Positions 11,578 to 25,184 of a DNA stretch of 64,000 nucleotides are shown here, in pieces. Positions within the stretch are counted from its first letter, which is position 1; each line of letters begins with the position of its first letter. The notes under the pieces are model-generated. The model saw only the letters and a list, made by a program, of their open reading frames with translations. It was not told the origin of the DNA and made no database searches. The stretch is taken from NCBI GenBank assembly GCA_002104945.1, contig MCFH01000014.1, forward strand, positions 248,001 through 312,000, read 5' to 3'. The stretch is from Piromyces finnis finn (taxonomy: Eukaryota > Fungi > Neocallimastigomycota). A program made the translations under genes and the position numbers.

Positions 11578-13159
11578 TTTGAATTATTAATATTTCTTTT
11601 TTTTTCTCAAAAATTAGTAATTGAATATAGGATATGGAACATAATTATATGTAATGTTATATATATATTATTCTTTGTTGTTTTTTTATTATATATTATT
11701 ATTATATATTATTATTTACTAATATATATTCCTATCTGCACCAAAAAATAAGCAATATTAGTTTGGTGGATTACCAGCTACAATTAACCAATAAAATGTT
11801 TACAATCTTGAAAAAAGTGTTAAAAAATGAGTGGTTTAAAAAAAATAATTTAATTATTATAAATTAATTATTCAACAATTAATTATTGAATTTATTATTA
11901 ATAATAAAATTTAAATAGAAGATTCTGAATTTTATAATAAAAATATATAATAAAATAAAATAAAAAGAATTTTGTAAAATAAAATTTTTTTAGACTTTGT
12001 CATGTATTTTCACATGATAGTGTTAAAAAAATACAACTTTGCCTTCTTTTGTCATACTGGTTTCGGCGTCGGATGTAAAATAAAAATAATCTTGTATTAT
12101 TTTATTATTTTACCATTTTCATTTTATTTCATAGGTATAATAGTTTAATAAACATTATAAAAAAATAATTAAAACTTTTTTAATATAAAAATTTAAACTT
12201 TATTAATTAAAATCATGATCCAAGAAATATTAATTTTTGGTTCAATGAATATAAAAAGTTCAACTTAAAAAATTTAAAAATAATAAAGGATATTATCATA
12301 AATGTTATTTGCAATTGTTAGTTTATCCTAAAGTAGAAAAGGGTTTTTTTAAAAAAAATTAATAATATTTATTATTGTAAATTCCATATAAAAATATTTA
12401 TTTAATGTATAACATCATTAGTATTAAAAAATATTTTACTACAAAATTTTTAAAAAATAAAAATTTATAAAATTATTTTTTTTACATAGTTAATGACACT
12501 ATTATTCAACTTATTAATATTGTTTCTTTAATAACCATATGTAACAGTAGTAAATGTTTTAAAAATATACAAAACCCAAAAATAGTTTCAAAAATTTTAA
12601 AAAAGATATATATATAAAAAAAAAGAATTAATAATTTATAAAACTGAAGTTGAAAAAAAAAAAGTATTAAAAGTAATCTTGAATTAAAAATGTAATATAA
12701 TATATATTTTTAAAATGATAATTTTCCAAAGATATTTAGGATGAAAAAAAAAAAAAAAGGAACTTTTATATTAAAATTTAATTTTATTGGTGGAGAATCC
12801 ATCTTTCACTCATTTAACATTTAACCTTAAAAATTGTGTATTTGAAAGCAACTTTATATGATTAAAAATAGAAATAAATATACTATTTACCATTTATTTC
12901 TATTATTAAAACATTTATTTCTTACTATATTATTATTTATTTTTTATATTGGATTCCATATTATTTTTTTTAACAAAGAAAGTAAACTACCATCTATTAT
13001 AATCTTTTTAAATTTGATTTTATATCTCCATATATTTTTTTGGTGGAATTTTAATCCATTATTATGTATATCTAATATTTTTAATTTTTTTAAAAAGGAG
13101 AAATAAGTAGTGGTAATTCCTTTATTTGATTATCACTTACTTTATATATATTACGAATT

Positions 13160-13520
13160 CAGATTTCCACTGTTTGATTAAAGAAATAATTCTTTCAAAT
13201 ACTTAGCATTTATATGAGACTTCTCATCCCATTCTGTAGATATTAGAATCTGCAGATTTTTCTACTGAGTTTCTTTATAAATTGGATTACTGCTATTCAG
13301 ATAAGTGTTAAAGCATGTCTCAAAATTATTATAATAATAGACACTCGCCGTTTCAGTATAAGAGGGGTAAATGAACATGATAAATACTTTTAAAATTAAG
13401 AGATTCATAGTTGTTTAACATTGGCGTAACAGGCCATATACACGAAAAATATCATTCATAATAAGTGCTTATTAAGAAGGGGTTATATGATTAACTTGAA
13501 TCATATTGGATGACTCATTT
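13160..13520 (+). mobile_element. Decayed SINE-family copy 3 (copy-1 type body)
   Basis: Collinear blocks match copy 1: CTTAGCAT, GTAGATATTAG, GATTTTTCTACTGAGTTT, TTGGATTA, TATTCAGATAAGTGT, ACACTCGCC, AAGAGGGG, ATGAACATGATA. The B-box is lost, no tail or TSD was found, and the boundaries are approximate. Confidence 0.65.
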
Positions 13521-16077
13521 GATTAGAATATTATTAAAATAAAAAATTCTTTTAAATTCGAAATGTTTCTAGTTCCTTTTGGAATATTGACTATTTTATT
13601 ATGAAGATGGATAAAAAGATATAGTTAAATTGGTTGAATTTTCAATATTATATATTTATTTAAATGCAAATGTTCTTTTAGTAGAGTTATATTTCCTATT
13701 TATTATGAAAAATTAATAAATTAACTATGAGTTTCAACCTGTTAAAATAATAATTTAATCTTTATTTGAATTTTTTTTTTTTTTTTTTTTTTTTGGCTAT
13801 ATTAAAAATTATTTGGCAAAACCAAATAATTTTTAATATAAATCTTACCAAATCACACTTCCTCTAAAATACTAAATTATTTTTATAAGAAATGTTTAAA
13901 ACCTTTTTTTAAAAAAAAAATATTATTGAAAAACAACAAAATGAATTATTATATTATAAACATTATTCTTTTAATGTTAAATAAAATCAACATAAAATAA
14001 ATGTATTTTTTTTTATTTATTTTTAAATTAAATAATTTTCTAATTTAAGAGTTGATGATGAATGTTTGCTATGGATTTAAATAAAAGTAATATAAAAACA
14101 GGTATTTTTTCAATTTTAATTTCCAAATTCCGTTTGGTTTTATTACTTTTTTTTAATTTTGTATTTTATAGAATTTATGGATTCATTTACTGATATTTTG
14201 TTAAACTTTTCCTTAACGTTTCTATTTTTTTTTATTCTATTCTTAAATATCTTCTTTCTAAACTCATTGTAAACTAGAGTATTCTTTTAATTTTATGGAA
14301 AGAACGATTTGAAATAATTATAAAACTAGTTTTCGTGTAACCTTTTATGGACAAATTTTAATAAATATAAAATTTATCATTTCATATAAAAATAAACATT
14401 TTATAATCAGTATTACTCTTTATAACAATTTTAAATTGTATGAATGAATGAAAAAACAATATTATAAATAATATAGTACAGTTGTTAAATGTGGTAGTTT
14501 TATCATTAAAATTGTTTTAGATATATAAACACTTTAAAAAAAAAGGATTTTCATTCTTCATATATATCAGATGTATATGTTCATATGATATACATAGATT
14601 AATGTATATAAGAGGCTAAGTTAATAGTGAAATAATACATAAAAATATGTAATGTGGAATTCTATATTTTAATTCATTATAAATTAATATATTGATTATA
14701 TATATTGGATAAAATACATAATATATTATTGAAGTGTTTAATATGCATTTTTTAATAGATTATCCATTTCATATATATTATAATATATTATAATATATTA
14801 ATATCTAAATTTTTATAGGATGGGATAATTTCAAAGTGAATGTAGGAAGAAATTCAATTACACGATTTTAAAGTGTGTCACAAATATATAAATGAATGAA
14901 TTTAATAATAAATAAATAAATTATAATAAAAATTCACATTATCATCTGTGATGAGGAATTTTAAGTGAAAAGTATTACTTTAATTTCATAAGGTATTATC
15001 ATTATAGTAGATCTTTCTAGCATCTAACAACAACAACAACAACGACAAACAATATTAATACTATTTTTAATAATTAGTCATTGATATTTATATTAGTAAT
15101 TCTTAAAACATTATCTATCTGTCGAAATATATAATAAAAATTTATTTAATAAAAATTTTATTAAAATAGATTGGAACAACCGAAAGCAAGGGATAATTAA
15201 TCCTTAATAATAATAAAAAATTTAAAAAAAAAAAAATTTTTTCTTTGCAACTTTTTCACCAAACAAACAAAAAAAAAAATTGAAAAAATAAAAAATTATA
15301 TAAAAAAAAAAATCAAATTTAATTTTTTATTTTTTTAAATAAACAAATAAAAAAGAAAAAAAAAACTTTTATTTTTTTTATTGTTATTTGTTAAAAATTA
15401 AAATATTCATTTCATAACCCTTTAATTATTCCAATAACTCATACTATTACTACCTTTTTCATTTTGTAAAATTTACATATATAATTTTTTTTATTGAACC
15501 TTGTGTAAAGTATGTATTCATTATTAACTCATAATATATTTTTAAAACAATATAATTATAAAAGTTAATAGATAATGCTTATATTAATTTTATATTATCC
15601 ATTTATATTTATATTTATTATTTTGTTTCAATGAACAATTATAAATAATAATTGTAATTGCAAAATTTTCTCACAAAGTATAAATAAATATCGAATTAAT
15701 TAATATGGTAGATATTTATCTTTTATAAATAATGAAATATATCATATGAAATTTAAATATTATCGAAAAATCCTTTTATTAAATAAATAACAATTCAATT
15801 AACATTAGTAAAAATCAAAAATTATAAATCAATTCTATACAAAAAAAAAAAAATCAATTTTTAGTACTAACAGAAATTAAATAAATTGAAAATAAAATAA
15901 TTGACAATTAAATATATATATATGATTAGTTTTTTATTTATAAATGCAATTATTGGAATAATAATTAAAAATTTAATAATTGTTAAAGGACAAAATCCGA
16001 TTTTTATAATTGTTAATGCTTTCAATTTTTTTTTAATTATTATATTAAATATTAATATTTATATCATATTAACATAG

Positions 16078-17685
16078 ATGCCTTCAAAATCCGAAGAAAT
16101 ATTAGAAGAATCACTTAAGCCATCTGAAAAATTATATACTTGGTCCCAAACAGAAGATCAGATTACTATATCTTTTCAAGTATTAAAATCATTTAAAGCA
16201 AGAGATGCAACTATTGATATAAAAAAAGATTCAATTCTTGTTCAAATACACAATGAAGATTCTCCAAGAATAAAGGTTTGTTTTTTTTTTTAAAAAAAAA
16301 CATGAAAATTATTAAAAAAAACTATTTTTCTATATGTTATATTTTTTATGATAAAAAATATTAATATTTTATGATATTACTTATTCCTATTAAATAGGGA
16401 AGACTCTTCACTTCCATTGATAAATATGATTCAATGTGGCAAGTAGAAACTGAATCAAAGACTAATAAAAGAATTGTTACCATACATATCGAAAAACAAA
16501 ATACTATTCCATGGCCATTAGTAATTCGTTCCGGTATGAATGGTGAAGAAGATATTGAAGGAATGGATCATCAATCACAATACTTATGTGGTTCTTTCTA
16601 TCAATCTGAAGTTGGTGACTATCAAAAAGTAAATATCTATAAAAGTTTAGAATTATTATATAAACCATAATCCTATTTGAAATATTTAATGAAAAAGTCA
16701 AATCTATATACTATAGATGTATTATTTGTTACTCGAAAGTTATTAATTTTATAATCAATTTTAATTATAATGATAGGCTTTCAAATATTTTGAAAGTGCT
16801 GCAAATTTAGGAAATACAGCAGCTCAAATGAAATTAGCTGCTTTTTATGAACTTGGTAGAAAAGAATCTCAAAGTATTATTGTTGATCAAGATTTAAAGA
16901 AAGCAATGTATTGGCATACTAAAGCAGCTGAAGCTGATAATCCAGAAGCTTGTTACATTGTAGGTACTGCTTATCAACAAGGTACTCACTTCTTAGAAAA
17001 GTCATACAGCACTTCATTAAAATGGCTTGAAAGATGTTTAGAATCTACTCCAGATCTTGCTGAAGTTGCTAATAATATTTATGTTGCTACATGTTTCCAA
17101 ATTGGTTTAATGAAATTAGAAGGTGGATATGGAATAAAAGAAGATAGTGAAGAAGCTATTAAATATTGGAAAATGTCTGCCTACTATAAGCATTCTCAAT
17201 CTTTATACAATTTAGGTGTTCTTTATTTAAATAATATTGGTAAAGATCACAATATTGTAAAGGCTATTCGTCTCATTCAAGAAGCTATAGCACTTGATTC
17301 TACTCTTGATATACCAGCTCAATTACAACAACTTACACCAGAACAATTAGAACAAGTAAATGCTATGGTTGAATCCAACTTAAAGGAAAACCCCGATTTA
17401 GGTGATAAACTTTCTATAGAAAGTATGCTTACTCCACCACCATCTCATTCTTCAATTAAGAATAGAAAACCATCAAAATCATCTGATGACGCCTCCACTA
17501 CAAATAAGAAATCAACCAATTCCGAAAAAGTTAAGCGCAAGAAGAAGAAGTCTAGCAAACGTCATCGTAATTCTCAATCTACCTTAAATTCAACACAAAA
17601 TAAACTAATTGTAGCAACAGGTGTTCTTACAATAGCTAGTATATCTGCTTTTATTATGTATCGTGTATTTAAGAATAAAAAGTAA
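16078..17685 (+). CDS. CS (NudC/p23-like) domain + Sel1-like repeats + C-terminal tail anchor
   Basis: YTWSQTEDQITISF...SMWQV...IHIEK...W gives a CS-domain pattern. AMYWHTKAAEADNPEACYIVG and AIKYWKMSAYYKHSQSLYNLG are Sel1-type repeats. The C-terminus is LIVATGVLTIASISAFIMY then RVFKNKK. Multi-exon. Confidence 0.8.
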
Positions 17686-18172
17686 AAAAAAATCTTTTAC
17701 TATAAATACAAATGAAAAGATTAAAAGTAATTTTTTTTTTTAAAAAAAAAAAAAGAAATATGAATGAATAGAATTAATATACAAAGATTGAAATTTTAAA
17801 CACTCAAAGAAAGAAAAGTTAAAAAAAAAAAAAACAAGACAAGAAAAGTATATTTAATATATAGTATATTTGTTAAAAGTTATACACAATTTATATATAT
17901 TTTAAATTATATAATTAGTTTTAATTTAATTACATTACACGTTTTTTCTTTATACTTTATATTTCTTTTCAAACCAACAATACAATTTAAATCAAATCAC
18001 CAATTATTCCCTTTTTTTTTTTTTTTTACTATTATTATTTTTTAAAAAAAATAAAAAATAAAAAAAGGAAAAAAAAAAAAAGGATTAAAGAGAAAAAAAA
18101 AAAAAGAAAGTTATTAATAACAAAATATTTTTTTTTATGAAAAAAAAAAACATATAATTATTATATATATTA

Positions 18173-18206
<34 letters not shown>

Positions 18207-18634
18207 GATTAGATTTTTATATTAAAATAATTAGGCATATATAAATAATAAAATAATAAAAAATATTATTAAAGAAATTACAGAAGAATATAGATTAATT
18301 ATTAACAACAACAACAACAATAACAATAAAATTAATAAATAAAAAAAAAAAAAAAGGGTATTATTCTAATACTATTTTTAAAAAATAACAATAATAGTCA
18401 TTTATAAACTCTAAAATACTTTTTGTTAAACCATTCTTTTAAATAGTATAATAGTATTAAATAGATTAAAATTTTGTTTTTTTTTTTTTTTTTTGTATAA
18501 TAAATAAATAATTAAAATTTGATTGGTTAATTTCAATATTATAGTTTTTTTTTTTTTTTTAAATTTTTTTTTTTTTTAAAAATTTTATAATTTTATATTA
18601 ATTATAGATTTGTATTAAAAAAAAAAAAAAAAAA

Positions 18635-19657
18635 ATGTCTGGAAATAATAAAATGAACGTTGATTCTAATGAAGCTGAAGCTAAATTAAAAATTGTAAAT
18701 ATAATAACCATTAAACATCATTATTTAACAATATTAGAATAATATTCTTTTATCAAAAGTAAAAAAGAGTATATATGTGGAACTATTAATTTTACAATAT
18801 AAATAAAATTATTTTTTATTTAAAAAAAAGTATAATTATTGTTATTTATAATTCAAAACCTTTATTAAAGATGAACTCTATATGTGATATAAAACTAAAC
18901 AATAATGATAATAATATAATGAAAAGTTAATTACTTTGAAAAAGATATTCAACATATATTTATCGTTTATTTTCATTATAAATTTGAATTTCGAATTTAA
19001 TATTAATCAATCAATCTCAAATTTATTAATAAATTAATTAAACAATATTAAATTAGATTTCTCCATCTTCTGATGAAAGTTGCAGTACTTTCAGTATTAG
19101 TGAAGAAGATCACACTTTAGCTAATGCTCTTAGATACATGATTATGAAAAAGTAATTTTACAATATAAAAATTAATTTTGTGCTTAATTTTATTTTTTTT
19201 TTAAAAAAAAACCTAAATTAATTTTATCAAACATTTATATTATTGTTGTTGTTGTTGCTTTTATTAAAAAGCCCAAAGGTTGAATACTGTGGTTACTCTA
19301 TTCCTCACCCAACTGAAGCTAAAGTCAACATTCGTGTTCAAACAACTGGTAAAAATCGTTAAAAAATAAATTAAAATTTATAATTACCAAAAATGAATAT
19401 TTATTTATTAAATATATTTTATTATATATATTATTTTCATATGTATTTTTTATTGATAATTATTTATAAAAATATATTTAATAACGAAATTCAATAAACT
19501 TTAAACAGAAGGAACTACTGCTGTTGAAGCTATGAACAAGGGTTTAGATGATTTAATTGAATTATGTGAACACATTTTAGTTGAATACAATGAAAAGTTA
19601 GATTTAAAAAATTACAAATACGATGAAGGTGTTTTTGATACTGAAAACAAATCTTAA
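18635..19657 (+). CDS. RPC19: RNA polymerase I/III shared subunit AC19 (RPAC2)
   Basis: Four exons assemble to ...[62 protein letters not shown], the Rpb11/AC19 signature of the AC19 type. Confidence 0.9.
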
Positions 19658-20775
19658 TTAAAATAGCATCGGAATATCTACATAATTATTTATATAATCA
19701 ATAATACTTTAATTGTTAAGTTATCTTTATAAATTATTTAATCAATCATAATTTAATTATAAAAAAATTCACACTTTTAAAATGATAATAGATGTTATGT
19801 TTTTTTTTTTTTTAAACTATTCAATCAGGAAAATATTTCAACATAATATTTTATTTTGTAATAAATAATAGAATATATTAAATAAATATATATATATAAA
19901 TAATCTTTTTAAAAAATAGTATCACATTTAGAAGGAAGGAAAAAAATAAACAGAAAATGTGTGTTAAAAGAATTAGCTTATTGTAAATAATAAATAAAGC
20001 ATTTTCCATGAATTTAAATATGTTGAAATGGAACAAATTTTATAAAAAAAAAAAAAGTAATTTAATATCAAAAGCAGTGTTAACTTTTTTTTAATAGCAA
20101 TTCCATCTTTTTCATATTTGTTATTTATTTACTTTATATTGGATTTATTCATTTATTTAACCATAGAAATTTATTAAATTATTTATTTAATTTGGTAATA
20201 AAAAAAATAGTTATTACTTTACATGGAATAATTATTAAAATTTTAAAAATAATTAATTAATTTTAACCAATGAACATCGGTGGTGGTGGATAGTACTGTC
20301 GTATAAAAAAAAATTTTTTATTTTACCATAGCTATACATTATTGTTAAAAAAAAATAATTTTTTATTTTTTAGTAGTTGTTCTTTTTTTTTTTTTAAAAA
20401 AAAAAAAAGTAAATTTTTGGTTAAATTTTTTTAAAGAAAAAAAAGAAAAATTCTTAGTAGTAGAAGATATTTAAAATATAATAAATTTATAAATTTAAAA
20501 AAAAAAAAAAGAACTAAATAAAACAATAATAAAATAAAAATATCAAATTAATATCTTTTTAACAAAATTTTAAAGTAAAAAGGAAAAAAAAAAAAAGGTA
20601 TAAAATGTTTGTAAAATATAATGTTTTTTCAACAAAGAAATAATGTATATAATATAGAAATATCAAAAAACTATAATTAAAAAAAAATATATTAATATAT
20701 ATTAATTTTAATGTATATATACAAATTTCAAACAAAAAAAAATTAAACAATTATATATATATTAAAAAAAAAAAG

Positions 20776-22647
20776 ATGCCATCACTTTCAAATATTTTAC
20801 CAAATTCAAAGGATAAAATTCCTTTATATGAAAAAGATGAATGTAAGTAATTAATAAAAGAGGTCTAGACATTTTATATTTTATCAAAATTTTATCTTAA
20901 AATCGGTTTAAATACTTGTTAAATAATAAATTTTATAAAATTTATAGTTTCTAATTATGACGACGAATGGCAAGGAAAAGAATACATTTCCAATATTGTC
21001 AAACAATATTTAATTTCTTTTTCAATGTCACCTTTCAATGTTTCTGAAACTTATCTTCAAGTTCAATATCAAAAATCAAAATTTTATGCTTCTGTAAGTA
21101 ATGAAATTAATATAGTATAACTTTTTTTTTTTTTAACCATTTATACCAAAATATATATTTATTTCTTTTTTAATTTTTATAAATAAATTAACAAATTCTA
21201 TTAATTTTTCTATATTTTAATAAATATAACTATTATAAAGAATGATTCTTTTATTGATGATCTTAAGGATGCACACAATGAAATTAATATGATGTCCACT
21301 TCTGTTTGGGATGATGAAGAAAATAAAAAACAATCAAAGAAGGAAAAGAAGGAAAAGAAAGATGAAGAAAAGGAAGTTATTAAAAGACAAGATGTTGAAA
21401 TCGAACGTATTGAAAGACTTGGTGGCGGTGTCTGGAAACCAATTCATCAAATTATTGAATGTGAAAATGAAGGTTGGACAAGTTTATTAAAAGGTAAATA
21501 AAAACATTTAAAAAAATTTATTTATTGTCTATTAAAATAATAAATTCCGCAGCAAATACATTCAAATTATTTATAATATATACTTTTTTTTTTTTAATAA
21601 TTGATAAAAAATACACTTCCTATCCTAAATCATCATATTTAATATAAATACAGGCAGTTTTACCTCATTTTTATACAATGTCTCCTACACTTTATCTCAA
21701 CCATTCTTTGAAGAATTATTAAATGATGTTTTTGATATTTATGAAGACATGGATCCAAGAACAAACATTCTCAGTCATATGATTATTGGTGTTGCTTTAA
21801 GTCCTCTTGAACTTGTTAAAACTAGGTATATTTCTTTTATATACAATTATAATAAAATCTTAATATTTTTTACATTTTATAGTTTTTTATTAAATGATTG
21901 TATATGAATATATATATTTATATTACAATAATCTTGACAATAATAATATTAAATCGTTAATATATATCTTTAAAACAACAACAACAACAACAACAATAAT
22001 AATAATTAATATAATCTTTATTTAATTGAACATAAAGACTTATTATACAATCAACAGCAACTCCAGCCAAAAAGTATCGTGGTTCCTTCCACTGTATGCA
22101 AACCATTGTTAATGAAGAAGGTGGTATGAGAGGTTTATATGCACCAAGATATGTTATTCCAGCTTTTATCTATCATACTTTAGCACCAACTTTAAGAATT
22201 ATATCTAGTCATATTTTAAATGATTATTTACTCTTAACACCATTCTATAATCCTGTTCTTTTCCCATTAGTTAATACTTTATTATTAGCTGCTGAAGTTG
22301 CCATCATTACACCATTAGAAATGGCTAGAAAACGTATTCAATGTCAAATTAAGAAACCATCTTCTCGTCAACAACAACTTATGTTAATAAATTCTGGATT
22401 AAATGAACCAATTAAATTTGAAACTGCTGTTGAAGTTTCTCCAGTTCCATACACCGGTATATTAAATGTTATAAAACGTGTTATTCTTGAAGAAGGTAAC
22501 GATCATGAAGAAGAAGGTAAAGGTAATGCATTCTCTCAACTTTGGTATGGTACTAAATCACTTTATCGTGGTTTCTGGCAAATATTAATAAGAAGATTTA
22601 TTGAAATGGCAGAAACTATAAATGATGATAATTCTGATGATTGGTAA
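20776..22647 (+). CDS. UGO1: Divergent mitochondrial-carrier-family protein, Ugo1/SLC25A46-like
   Basis: Carrier-type PxExxKxRxQ motifs (SPFNVSETYLQVQY, SPLELVKTR, TPLEMARKRIQCQ), an acidic insertion, GWTSLLKG and SLYRGF. Multi-exon. Assignment is by motif recollection. Confidence 0.7.
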
Positions 22648-23054
22648 ATTCTTTTTCGATCATTAAGAAATATACATACAAAGATAATGTGGAAAGAAAT
22701 AAAATAAAAAGGTTGTATTTAACTTTTTTTTTTTTATCTTTTCTTTTTTTTTATTTTAATCCACACCAATTTTTTTTTTTTTTAGTTCTTTATTATATTT
22801 AAATAATATATATATCTAGAAGAAGAAGAAAAAAAAAAGTTTTTTTTTTTCCTTTTCCTTTTTCTTTTTTTTTTTTTTTTTTTTTTATTTAATACTTTTC
22901 TTTTTTTTAAAAAAAAAAAAATAAAGTCAAAGTTTTAAAATAAGAATAAAATAATAACATTTTTTTCAATACTTTTATCTTTAAATAAAATCAAATTCAA
23001 ATAAATCAAATAAAGGTTTAAAAAAAAAATAAGAATAAGAATAAAATAAAATAA

Positions 23055-23085
<31 letters not shown>

Positions 23086-23624
23086 CAAAATAAATATTTT
23101 AAACAAATAAATTAACAAAGATGAAAATAATATAAAAAGGTGTTTAAATTTTTGGTTTCTTTTTATTTTTTAAGAAAAAAAAAATAGGAACTTTCCTTTA
23201 AATAAATTATGGTTTTAAAGTAAAAAAAAAAAAAAAAAAAAAAAAAGTTTATCATTACTTTCATTTTAATAATATAAATTGTTCTATTCCCACTTTCTTA
23301 AAAAAAAAAATAAAATAAAATAAAATTTTATTTCAAAAAATAATAATAATAATCCAATAAAATAATTTATAAAAATTAATTTTAAAAGTTGATTTTTTAT
23401 TAATTATTTTTTTTTTTTTTAAACTGAATTATTCATCTTTTCTATTTTAAAAAATAGAATTATATTGAATTATAAGTATATTTTTAATTTTTTATTTTCT
23501 TTTAAAAGTATATATTATAAAGAAATATAATTCTTTTCTCTCTCTTTTTTTTTTCCCCTCCCCCCTCTTTTTATTTAAATAAGATAACATTTAAAAAAAA
23601 AGAAAAGGAGAGAAAAAAGAAAAT

Positions 23625-25184
23625 ATGGATGAAGATAAAGTAATTGAAGATTCTTCAACAATTGAAGAATCTAAAGCTTCAACTTCAATGGATATTGATG
23701 AACCAATAGTAAATACAGAAACTTCTGAATCTATTGCACCAAAAGCTATCATTAAAACAGAAGAAGGTATCAATAATGATTATGATGATTTCTTAAAGTT
23801 AGATTTTACACCAGAAGAAGAAAAAGATGAAGTATTAAAGAAATTAATTGAAAAAGAAACTGAATTAAAGTTGAAAATTGAAAAGGAAATTGAAGGAATT
23901 AAAAATTTAGAATTAAAGGGTTTTGCTGCTTTAACTCAAAAAGGAGATGATGATTGTAGGTATTAATAAAGATTAATGAAACACTGGAATTTAAAATTAT
24001 ATTATTTGGAAGAAAAATAGTATAATTTTTTTTTTTTTTTAAAAAAAAAAAAGGGAATATATATAAAATTTTTGGTAGTTGAATTTTACTTTTAAAAAAT
24101 TCAATTTCAAGTTACAAATATTAATTTTATTTTTCTATTAAAAAAATGAAATGAAATTTAAAGCTAATGAAATTGATTATGAAGAATTTACTGCTCCAGA
24201 ATGGTGTATACCAATTAAAGCAAATGTTATTGATTTTGAATGGGATGTAAGTATTATAAATTTGTATATCACAGAATATATATTATAAATAAGGAATAAA
24301 CGTGAAATCAAGCTAAAAAAAAAAAAAAAATGATAAACTACGAAAATATAAATTAGAAATTAGCTAGTGAATGTCAATTTGATGCCATTTTAATGGATCC
24401 ACCATGGCAATTAGCTACACATGCTCCAACCAGAGGGGTAAATATTTTATATCATATAATAGTAAAATTATCTATATAAATTAAATGATTCAATAAAATT
24501 GTTACAGGTCGCTATTGCATATCAACAACTTCCCGATCAATTTATTGAGGAACTTCCAATTGAAAAGTTACAAAAGAATGGATTTATATTCATTTGGGTT
24601 ATTAATAATAAATATGTTAAAGCCTTTGAATTAATGAAAAAATGGGGATATACGTAAATATCAATATATATATATATTGGTCATAAATAACAGAATATAA
24701 ATTGTAGTTATGTATCTAAATTTAATTAAAACATTAATTATTCTATTTATAATACCAGTTTTGTTGATGATATTACATGGGTTAAGCAAACTGTTAATAG
24801 AAGAATGGCAAAGGGACATGGTTATTATCTTCAACATGCTAAGGAAACTTGTTTAGTTGGTAAAAAGGTAAAAAAAAAAAAAAAGGTTATTGTTTTTGAT
24901 AACAATAATTTCTCAACCTTCATTTATAGTATCATTTTAAACGTATCATTAAATATATGTATATATATATATATTGATATTTATGTTAGGGTGAAGATCC
25001 AGTAGGTTGTAAGCATAGTATCAGTTCAGATGTCATTTATTCAGTAAGAAGAGGTCAATCCCAAAAACCAGAAGAATTATATGAAATGATTGAAGAATTA
25101 ATTCCAAATGGTAAATATTTGGAAATTTTCGGTAGAAAGAATAATTTACGTGATTATTGGGTTACTATTGGAAATGAACTATAA
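23625..25184 (+). CDS. MTA1: MT-A70 family adenine methyltransferase, MTA1/AMT1 (DNA 6mA) clade
   Basis: Exons give ILMDPPWQLATHAPTRGVAIAY, KGHGYYLQHAKETCL and RRGQSQKPEELY...LEIFGRKNNLRDYWVTIGNEL*. These closely follow the ciliate MTA1/AMT1 motifs rather than METTL3/IME4. Confidence 0.85.

Noticed and set aside
11984-12035. Small hairpin followed on the minus strand by AAGTCT(A)7, resembling the SINE 3' end
   Set aside because: Only about 13 low-complexity nt are shared and no TSD was found.
14053-14191. Box C/D snoRNA candidate (RTGATGA...CTGA)
   Set aside because: No terminal stem or recognisable rRNA guide, and such boxes occur by chance in AT-rich DNA.
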